This document shows positions 27,222 to 37,039 of a stretch of 64,000 nt of DNA, in pieces. This stretch comes from Balanoglossus misakiensis (Eukaryota > Animalia > Hemichordata), in the NCBI GenBank assembly GCA_040954595.2, contig CM082583.2, positions 1,622,925 to 1,686,924 of the forward strand, given 5' to 3'. The translations under genes were made by a program, and so were the position numbers. The notes beneath the pieces were generated by a model. It was not told the origin of the DNA. It saw only the letters and a list, made by a program, of their open reading frames with translations, and ran no database searches. Each line of letters begins with the position of its first letter. Position 1 is the first letter of the stretch.

Positions 27222-27425
27222 TGTAGTATTCTGACAGCTACGATCAATATAGCGCCCTCTAGTGTTGCATTGTTGGTGTTCCACTTGTTTATGAATTGCT
27301 GTACGACGTCACTTCCGCCCAGATAAGGCGAAGCACATTGTTGAGTCTTTTCAGCCGATCAATAAATAGGTTGTTGTTATACCTTATGATCGCATTATTA
27401 TTCCCATGTTGATGGAAACATAACA
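27222..27425 (+). repeat. 3' LTR (204 bp)
   Basis: Identical to the 5' LTR. Confidence 0.97.
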
Positions 27426-27461
27426 GGGGGGACACCAACATCGTAGTCAGTGAGGTCATCT

Positions 27462-29285
27462 CAGTCAGATCGCACGGCATTCATTAACATATGCAAATGA
27501 AGAAAGTACTTCAAACCATGTAGCCGTTAGAGTGGGCCCCGCTGAAGGGTCGCGAAATAGGCCATTTTTTTACTCGATATTATAGAGCTGTTTTCAGGCG
27601 ATGTGGATTATTTTAAGACAAAACCGTGGATTCACTTGAAGGTAGGTATACTGGATTGTTACTGAATGATTTTTTGGCAACTTCTGTCGAGTAGTTTCTT
27701 TGTAATCACGAAATTTCTGACGACTGTGAAAAAACACATAGCGTTGACATCCTCTCGATTATTTTTAAGCTGACCGTTACACATGGATTTTACCACGAAA
27801 TTTCAAACTTTTATCAAAATATAGACATCAAACTCCCTCTCTTTGAGTTTTCATTCACTTCCAAGCTTTGATAGTGACGATATGACCAGTTCAATTTTGT
27901 TTACCTTTCAACCTGTGAGCGCCATTTTGTTTACTTTTCAACCCGTGAGCGCCACTTCTTCTGCAAAATGGCGGGAGAAGACAGCATGCATGTGTACGTA
28001 TATACGCTGGCGCAGGCTTGATCCTGGGTTGTACCAGCTGCGTAGTTTTCCCTCCTCTCTCGTGCGAAGAAATTTTGATTGCTGATATGTAATCCCGAGT
28101 TTTACTAAACCCTAACAATTATTTTATGAAGGTTTGCCCGTCAAGGAAACTCACTTTTTTTAATTTTATTGTTCTTTCAGATTGATGAAGACTGATTTTT
28201 GTGGTGGTGGTGTTGCAGTTGACTGTTTTATTTTAGCTGTCTGAGTTGACAATTTATTCTGTATTTTGTTGTATTTTTAACTCTTTATCCTGTATTTTGT
28301 AGTAGTATTTTGAACACTGTTTAATAAATAAATTACTATTATTATTATTTATCGACCCAATGCAATGATGACAAATCGCTCGCCTTCAGACACAAATGTT
28401 GTATTTATTGCATATATCATCGGCGAATAAAGGGAAGTGGTTTCGAAGTTACACTTGGCATTTTCGAAAAGTCTACTTATATCCCACGATGCGGAGAAAA
28501 AAATATATACAAAATACGTCAGCTGAGCTCCTCACGAACGGTAAACCTGGCATTCTGTGCATGGGTAATCAAATATTTGTTTGTAGCCCAATGTAGGCGA
28601 ACGGTGTGGAGCACCCGGGCGCGGCACTCGTGCGATTGATCGATGTTGTGTCGAAATCAGGCCAGTAATTAAGTTAAAACTTGGCTGATATGTTACCTTA
28701 GAGTGTTATACACTATCCAGTAACTTTTACTTGACAAGTGTCTTTTAGAAACTGTTTTCCCCACGATAAACGTGTCGTTTCACGAGCAACGCAACACTTC
28801 CGTATTTACAAGCCTAACATGGAGAGGTCAACGTAGGGCCTATACTTCCGGGTCATATCGTCGAACTACATCGATTATTTTTAAGCTGACCGTTACACAA
28901 GCATTTCGAGTTAATTTCTTTTCACGGATGTTGGGACCGATATTAGACCTATCTGTCACGAAAACTTGGTTAACTTCCGAGGTCGTCTTCAAATGATTTT
29001 TGGCACGTTTGTGGACGTCTCTTCCGAGGTCACCAACATACCACCGAAAACACGCTAAAAACTACTACTATTACCGACAGATTCTCATAAAATTTACGTC
29101 TGCAGTGCAAAATAGGAATCACTTTCGAAATTTATCGAGCTAGCATGGTATTTTTTTGTACCACGGAGTGTAAAAATCAAGTTGAAAATCACCTTGAAAA
29201 CTGGCCTATTGCCGTCTGTTTGAAAATTAACGGTCGCTGGCTTGACGAACTTTCATATGCAAATGAGCACCGTGCGATCTGACTG
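27462..29285. mobile_element. Non-autonomous TIR element with a 4-bp TSD (Academ-like termini)
   Basis: Perfect 16-bp TIR CAGTCAGATCGCACGG, imperfect to ~32 bp. TSD ATCT at 27458-27461 and 29286-29289. No transposase ORF. Confidence 0.8.
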
Positions 29286-29289
29286 ATCT

Positions 29290-30675
29290 ATGGTGGTGGG
29301 CGCGTCTTCCACTCGGCACTCCTCCGCGCACGCTTGGGGGATAAAAAATGCATCAAAAACCCCTGGCGCGTCCTCGCTCCCCCTGCGTCGATGGATTCTG
29401 TGCGACTGCTTCCGCCCCCGTCCTCTCTGGTTGCTGTGTCCGGATTGATGATGTTTTCCGGTGAGGTCGGATTTCCCGGAATTCTTCCTGTCGTGATTGG
29501 GATACCCACCTCAGCAGTATGCTAAGGACACGCCAGTGGATGAGAATCGCTGGTGTGGTGGGGGAGCTCAGTCGGAACCTGTTCGGCACCTCCCACCCCT
29601 GGAAGACGCACAGGCGCTTCATCATCACCATGGACTCTGGTGAACAAAAGGATTCCGTAGGGATCCGTCCAGGTCCGCCCCTGCGGATATAGAAGTCTAG
29701 CAGGTCGGGTATTTCATTTCCTGGACCACACAGCCAGTATAGGTGAGTTTCTCTAACGCCTCCACCGCGTCCCGCTCGCGGAATACTACCGGCTTCTCAG
29801 TAAAAATAACTGGAAGGTGGCACTGAAAGGCGTGTTTCTTCAGTTTGCGCGTGGACCTCCGGCCTCCCGGGAACGGACATGGAGAAGGGCCTGATGAGTA
29901 ATGTGGAACAGAGGATAGGGGGCTCCTTCGGGCCGGCCTGGCGCTCCTCCAGCGGCGTTCGTCTTCTTTGGGCGGTTCCGGCGTCGGATACCGGATCGGT
30001 GATCGACGTCTGGGGCTGAGATCTCCCCAGCGTGAAAAGGATGGTCGTTCACGGGAAGGTGGGCGGTCCCGCCTTTCCTCTCGAGAACGCTCCAGTCGCG
30101 GCGACCGGGTTGGGGATCTGGACCTAGTAGGGCTGCCGGGGTGGCGTCGAAGTTCCCAGGGGATTAGATATTCCCCCGCCTCCAACGTCGCCTCCAGCTC
30201 CAATGGGTTGATCAGTGACTGCAGCGGCAGCATTTCTTGGCGTGGGGGTGATGGCTCCTGCAGCAGCCGTTGGTTTCCCCCGTCTCTCGCTACTGCTATT
30301 GGGGGTGATACACGGGTGCGGGGTGGGTCTGGCCCTTCCGACACCTCCATCGCCTGGTCCTTGTCGCCACCGAGTACCGGTTTTTCCAGCTGCGGATCCC
30401 GGAAGATGCTCAAAGTTTCCTCCAGGTCGTCAGCTGCGGTGGTGGTTCTTGTGGGCTCTTGCGGGGAGATATGGCCAACGAATCCCCCACGTACGCGGCC
30501 TGGATTTAACTCCCGAGGTAGTGTGCAGGTTTTTATGGCTGCGTCGGATGGTACGGGCAGGTTGGCTTCGGTCTTTTCCTTCCCGTATACATGCATGGCC
30601 TCCTCCCGTACCGTGGACATCCATCCTATGTCGCCTAGAACCGTGGCTACTTGACAGTTCTCACGGAGCATCAGG
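29290..30675 (-). pseudogene. GC-rich, frameshifted fragment of a probable retroelement accessory ORF (Pro/Arg-rich, C2H2-like motif, possibly TatD-associated)
   Basis: Sharp GC rise. Motifs CPFPG(G)..KLKKHAFQCHLP, PAILIHWRVLSILL and PGVFDA. The frame continues across the 27462-29285 insertion (TTIDDLTDYDVGVPP). Confidence 0.4.
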
Positions 30676-30695
30676 AACAGTATTTTATGTCTCAC

Positions 30696-30902
30696 CTCCA
30701 CTTCAGTTGTCGCTGTTGTATTTAATGTGGACGATGTTTTATATCTGTTGATAACCAATGGGCCTAGTTTAACTGTGGCACCTACATCCAGTGGCAGCGC
30801 TGTTTTCTCACCCCAAAGGTTGACTTCAGCATCTCTTGTGCCATCAGTTATGGTCAGTTTACGTCTCTTTGTAGAATTCGATGTATGTGTCACTGATTCA
30901 TA
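30696..30902 (-). CDS. Exon 3 of an RPA/SSB-like OB-fold gene
   Basis: CAG| acceptor, |GTGAGA donor, 69 codons, phase 0-0: YESVTHTSNSTKRRKLTITDGTRDAEVNLWGEK..., which resembles the OB-fold signature (l.D.TG.i.v.LWge). Confidence 0.65.
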
Positions 30903-31319
30903 CTGTAGTGGAAATAAAATGGAAAACATTGAATGTTAATAATTACGAGTAGTAAATGTTGTGGAGAAATAGTGCAAGAGTGGTTGTTTTTTGTCAGTTG
31001 CTTTTTAAAATTTGAACTGCAAAATGATGAATCGATGGCAGTAATTTTGACCCGAGGTGAGTTGACAAGGCATGGTTGTATCATATAAATGGATTTTCAA
31101 TGTACGTGATCGCATGGAGGCTGCCATATTGGATTACATCCGAAGACCTTCCCATTGGGCTTCGGTTGAATTCGGGAAAGGTCTCTAAAATGTAATGGGT
31201 CATTCAATTTTGTAGAGTAAATTTCTAAAAATGTAGAAGATGGGAGGTTAAGATACCCAAAATGACTACGGCAAAAAAAATGTCAGGCCCATAAGTTTCG
31301 GGGTGCGATTATAACGTAC

Positions 31320-31602
31320 CTTTGCTCTATCATAGAGGCAAATGGTATTATCTCTTCCAGTGGAAAAGTTGCGGAGCTGTACGTATTCTCCCTTCTGTAA
31401 TCTGTTCAGCCACTTCGGATTTTCTTTCCAGAATTTAAGTTCCAGAACGTTGCCATCCTGCTGCATACAAGGCACGCTAAACAGTTTCCCGTTGGCGGAA
31501 TTCCGGATCTCGACATCCTCCATGAGGCGCAATTTCAGTGCCACGCCTTGGCTGGTTGGGGATGAGGGACCGGGAGCCGGGGATGCCATAACGCCGTTAA
31601 AC
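31320..31602 (-). CDS. Exon 1 (ATG at 31589) of the OB-fold gene
   Basis: TTTCAG| acceptor, AAG|GTACGT donor, 90 codons. ELKFW..WLNRLQKGEYVQLRNF resembles an OB-fold beta3-helix-beta4 segment. Confidence 0.6.
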
Positions 31603-33991
31603 CTGAAATATAGATTGAGAGTGGATATTGTTTTACACAATTTTTGAACATTGAAGTAAAGTATTAGAATGATGGAGTCCGATAAAAAAGTGAGTTGGTG
31701 ATTGCGGCATCCGACTTCGTTATTAAAAATGGAAAGGTTTGCGATTTGAGATTCGGTTACCATTTGCAAGTTTGAAAGGAAATATTTCATTGAAGCACAG
31801 TGGCAACTACTGGGTTATGGAGAATTTTTGAAATGTTGATGAACGGAGACTTATTAGAATCAATGAAAACCTACCTTTAACGGTGTTACGGTTACTAAAC
31901 GTGAGAGACCGCTTGTCTCGTTCATCCGATTCTGAGCTCCTAGCTCTTGTGGAGACATGCGGAGGTACAGCGGGTTAACGGTTAGAAAGTGTTGATGAAA
32001 GAAATAAGTATATAGGCCAATCAGGAGTTAGATTCGAATGTCCGAAAATGAGAAACCGTAGGCGAACGCAACAGACAGCAATTTAAATTTGCATAACTAG
32101 AGGTTTGGGTGGAAAGATTTCAGAATTTAACGCACATATACAGATATTTTGTAGTGGAAATTTGAGTATATTATAAATAGTACATGTAATAAGACTGTGA
32201 ATTGATTTTATTTACTGACGATTAAATGAAGTTACCCTTTGAGTATGGGTGTTTATCGAGGGGGGGGGGTCCAAAAAAATGTTAGAAACTGTTGAAGATG
32301 AAACCGGAAAGATGTAGCAAATTCGTTAGTTTTCCCTTTTTTGGAAATTATGCTCGAAGCGTGTGATTGGTCAATTAGTCAGAAGGGGATTGGTTGGAAA
32401 TAGTCGAATATGATTGGGCAATAAGTTCGAAGCTGAAATCCCTCAGGCTGTATAAATACGGTGTTTGTGGCGTGTACTAATGGAGTATGGCTGGGGTGTG
32501 TTGTGTCGAGCAGTCTAGTATATCATTTGTGGGGCATTGAATATTTAGAACAAAGTTCTCTATGTCGGACTTCCTAACATATACTCGATCGTTGATAACA
32601 AAACGAGCAGATATTTTTGTGCAAATAGTGTGCGCAAAACAACAACTAAACATGAAGACAACAAGATAGTACTGCGTGCGGTGCGACTCGGTTGTAAGCG
32701 TCAAGTCAAAAACTGCAAAGACATGCAACAGGTGTAAATATAGTCGACTGAAATGCTGAAAAACCATGAATATCGATTGGCTCAAAGTGATGGGAATCGG
32801 CTCAACTTACCGGAGGGAATTGGTACATTATATAACGAGTAAACTAGAACGAAAGAAATCCCAGCGTGAACACTGGAAATTGTTCATAAATTAATATTTA
32901 TACATGTATGTGTATATTGCGTAACCTTCGAAAATTCGAATATCATTAGCACTTGGCCTAAAAAGTTGTGCATTGCGAGTGGGACACTGGGCAATTATTT
33001 TTATGGGCCGCCATCGCTATGCAGTTTAGATGTAGTATTTTACTCAACTTTTACCGGCAAGTGAGTGATTTGCTTTCAGAAGGTAATGAGACGGAAATAA
33101 ACTTATGCAATCAGAGTTAATTATTCGTGAGGATACAAACTTTTGTACTAGATTTATTGTAATTTTTCAGTGTATACTCCTGGCCTTCGCAGGACTTTCA
33201 TTTTTTACCCGGTTTGTGTGTTTTCGGGTTACCCATGGGCACTCTCTACCTGTTTTAAAACTCTGAACAAGTCGATGTCACGTGTATCATTTTATGTACG
33301 ACGTACATCATTATAATAATGCTATAGTGAAGTTTTTAAAAAGGAAATATTTTTTTAGTGTTATTCTCTTCGTTTTTTTTATGACTGAAATATGCTTGTG
33401 CTTGATGGAAAAACCGGATTCAACCTTAGCTTAATATATGCATTATCGTTCGCAACTGACGTCATATAATGTAGCAATTTCCCTCCGGTTAAATTGAACC
33501 AATCGGCATTCCCGTTTTTCCACCATTTCACTCGAATATCTAACTCCAGGATCCTGATTGGCCTATGTAATTAATCATTCCTTTCATCAACACTTCCTAA
33601 CCGTTAACCCGCTGTACCTCCGCATGTCTCCACAAGAGCTAGGAGCTCAGAATCGGTCGGACGCAGACCAGCGGTCTGTCAGGTGTAGTAACCCTAACAC
33701 CGTTAAAGGTAGGTTTTCATTTATTCTATTATAAGTCTCCGTTCATCAACATTTCAAAGATTCTCAATAATGCAGTAGTTGCCACTGTACTTCAATGAAA
33801 TATTTCCTTTCAAACTTGCAAATACTACTTGAACCGAATCGCAAACCTTTCCATTTTTAATAACGAAGTCGGATGCCGAAATTACCAACTCACTTTTTTT
33901 ATCGGATTCCATCATTCTAATACTTTACTTCAATGTTCAAAAATTGTGTAAAACAATATCCACTTTCAATCTATATTTCAGGTTTAACGGC
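31593..33991. repeat. Inverted repeat with ~450-bp arms (31593-32040 / 33528-33991)
   Basis: Reverse-complement match of the OB gene 5' intron/promoter. A third, direct copy lies at 49656-50057. Confidence 0.9.
32360..32460 (+). promoter_or_regulatory. Three inverted CCAAT boxes followed by a TATA box
   Basis: GATTGG at ~32366, ~32388 and ~32412, then TATAAATA at 32451. Confidence 0.45.
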
Positions 33992-34019
33992 TATTTGTGC
34001 AACATTTGACAGTACTCAC

Positions 34020-34160
34020 ATCATGGACTTTTCCTACAACGCACACCCTCTTCTTCTGTGGAGATATCTCGACTTCTGATATCATTATTTGTGGCGGATG
34101 ATACAATTCTGTTACCAATTTTTCAGGTATATCCATCGCTTTTCGCCCGCAAGGTATGAC
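34020..34160 (-). CDS. Exon 2 of the OB-fold gene
   Basis: TTTTTTCCAG| acceptor, GAT|GTGAGT donor, 47 codons, phase 0-0: VIPCGRKAMDIPEKLVTELYHPPQIMISEVEISPQKKRVCVVGKVHD. Confidence 0.6.
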
Positions 34161-34362
34161 CTGGAAAAAAATTTGGCGTAGTCTGTAAGTTGTGTGACTG
34201 AATCCGTAAAGGTGGCATTTGGAGGAAAAATTTTGAGCATTTTTATCAGTAATCTAGTTTGTTTAAAATATTGGAACGCGATCAAAAATAAATGCGACTT
34301 GTAAACGAGTGCCGCGTTTGAATCGGTATTGACGATAAACATCGGTAATCGGCGATGAAATC

Positions 34363-34838
34363 AATGGATTTTCAATGTACGTGATCGCATGGAGGCTGCC
34401 ATATTGGATTACATCCGAAGACCTTCCGATTAGGCTTCGGTTGAATTCGGGAAAGGTCTCTAAAATGTAATGGGTCATTCAATTTTGTAGAGTAAATTTC
34501 TAAAAATGTAGAAGATGGGAGGTTAAGATACCCAAAATGACTACGGCAAAAAAAATGTCAGGCCCATAAGTTTCGGGGTGCGATTATAACGTACCTTTGC
34601 TCTATCATAGAGGCAAATGGTATTATCTCTTCCAGTGGAAAAGTTGCGGAGCTGTACGTATTCTCCCTTCTGTAATCTGTTCAGCCACTTCGGATTTTCT
34701 TTCCAGAATTTAAGTTCCAGAACGTTGCCATCCTGCTGCATACAAGGCACGCTAAACAGTTTGCCGTTGGCTGAATTCCGGATCTAGACTGTATCCTCAA
34801 TGAGGCACAATTTCACTGCCACGCCTTGGCTGCATGGT
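34363..34838 (-). pseudogene. Near-identical direct duplicate of 31088-~31550 (intron and 3' part of OB exon 1)
   Basis: Identical peptide PCMQQDGNVLELKFW...YDRAK, donor at 34594-34593. The 5' part is disrupted. Confidence 0.85.
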
Positions 34839-35314
34839 TGCAGATGATGGAGCTAAGGTACGTAACAATCGCACCCCGAAACGCCTGGGCCCTTTTTTGT
34901 GTGTAGTCATTGTGGGTATGTTAACCTCCCATGTCCTACATTTTTAGAAATTTAGTATACAAAATTGGATGACCGATTATGTTTTAGAGACCTTTCCCGA
35001 ATCCACCTGAAGCCCAGTCGGAATGTCTTGGGATGTAACCTAAATTCAATATGGCCGCCTCCATGCGTTCACTTGCATTAAAAAAAAAACGTTGATTTTA
35101 TCTCCGAGTGGCGGTGTTTATCGTCAGTACCAATTGAAACGCGGCACTCGCTTGCAGGTCGCATTTTTATTTTTGAGCGCGTTCTAATATTCTAGAAAGA
35201 AAAAAATGATAGTTTCGAGTACAGATTACATGTATTTTAAAACGAGGTTTGGTCACAATGGTATCACTACTAAATGACTTACAATCGATGTTTTTAATTG
35301 TCTTTGCACCACAG

Positions 35315-35486
35315 TATGAATCCTGTGATGGTAAATCGCATTCAACTTAGAAGGCGTTGAGTAAGTGCAACTGATGGTAACTGGGATACCAAACTGAAAC
35401 TTTTGGGAGAGAAAACCTTGCCATGCATGGACGTGGGTGGCACAGTTAAACTTGGGTTAAATACTACAGCGACAACTGAAGTCCCG
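35315..35486 (+). pseudogene. Decayed paralogue of OB exon 3
   Basis: CACAG|TATGAATC...GAAGTCCCG|GTGAGA; LLGEKTLPCMDVGGTVKLGLNTTATTEV, with a stop/frameshift and an internal deletion. Confidence 0.7.
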
Positions 35487-37039
35487 GTGAGATATTATAA
35501 AATACTCTTACATCATAAAATTGAAATCCTACATGTCAATAATTTCATATTTTCACTAATGTTTAGCAAAAAACAACTGCTCTCAACAAACCTTACCCCT
35601 CCCCCTCTTGTATTGTCAGTGCTTTGTAATCTATCAGTAACAATCTATTTTTTTCTCTCAAGGTGTTAAAAGAACCTATAGCTACTGGTGATGACATGAT
35701 ACCGTCCATGGGGTGTTGGAGGTAATACACTTTGTAAGTATTAACCAGTCAGGATGTAAGTGGGGTAATTACGGCGGTGAGATCAAAGAGATCTATTTGA
35801 ATGTGAAAGTCGCTGAGTGGCAGTTACGGCCAGTTCGAAAAACTTTCAAACGGAGATTTTCGGTACTACAAGTGATCGTAGTGCACCCATTTTTCTAAGA
35901 CGTGTATGAAACTCCATAGTCAATGATAGGATGATTTTTCGTGAAGTTTTAACGACGCTTTCCCGAGAAAGACAGTTTCGGTATGTTGGTTTAAATTGTG
36001 GTCCTTGACTCTCGGCAAAGATTTCTTGTCTTGAAAAAAATTGGGTAGGTTAGGAAGATATTGAACTAAGTTACCGTGAAATTATAATAGTGTGAGCCGC
36101 TCCGTTGTGGAGTAATGACGGTGTAAAAATTGCCTTCGCCATCGACGAGTACAGCCGTGTTTGCCATATGTGTATGCATTGAAGTAGGTCAACGCATGTT
36201 AACCCATGACGTAATGGCTTCCTTTTCAACGCGTCGTTATCTCTCATTAGCATATTACATAAGGAGTCTATACACTATTCACGCTGACTGACTTCTCAGG
36301 ACTGACCTATGGCACAGTAAATTGTGGTCCTTGACTCTCGGCATGGATATATTCATGTCAAAATTATGAATAGAGGAGTTTAATAATGTTTCTAAAACCT
36401 GAGGGGGTTAATTTTTGTGTGGGTATGGCTGATATTTTTTTTTTTGTAACTTCAAGGTCACTTTGAATTTCGTGATCACAATTTTGTCAGTGGAAGTAAA
36501 GAAATTCTTCTCGATAAAACTTCATGAAAAATCACATGTAGTACACTCATAGTACCAGTAATGTGCCTGGGGTGAAATAATTGTCAGAAGTGGGTTGCTA
36601 GTTGCTTAACTTTCGTTGTGAAAAAAGTTGAAAAACTGTATGCAAATGAGCAATTCAAACGTTACTGGCCAGTTCAAGTGTTTGCATTGCATGATCCCCT
36701 GCTGTTTAATTATCCCACTTACGTCCTGACTGTAACTGCAGTAGTTGCTTACATCAGACTCCCACTATCTGCATGCAAGTTGTGGATGGATTTGCAGAGA
36801 GAGAGGCTAGTACACGGCACTCATGTGGACCTGCACTACCACATTTCTATTCAACATCAGGTCTCTGAGTAAAAAGATGGCCATGTAAATTTTCTCTAAG
36901 TTTGTTAGAGAAATAAAGTACAACTTTAGTGTTTCACTAATTGAGTTTCAGTGTTCTTGTATTGTCTCGTTTGCCCCATGCCAACCTCAAAGTAAACGTC
37001 AAATTTGCCATTTTTGACTTATTTGTCCTTGTAGTGGGC

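Larger units (their letters stand above)
22552..27425 (+). mobile_element. Full-length Ty3/Gypsy LTR retrotransposon (Mag-like)
   Basis: Identical 204-bp TG...CA LTRs, PBS, PPT and gag-PR-RT-RH-IN order. G-runs flank both sides (GGGGG TSD). Confidence 0.97.

Noticed and set aside
29968-30751. Plus-strand 228-aa and 178-aa ORFs
   Set aside because: They are antisense shadows of a GC-rich block, with no recognisable motifs.
29697-30929. 410-aa ORF as a real OB-fold/Arg-rich fusion protein
   Set aside because: It begins in intron sequence and reads through a canonical donor (30695) into an unrelated GC-rich block at ~30675. The in-frame join is most likely chance.
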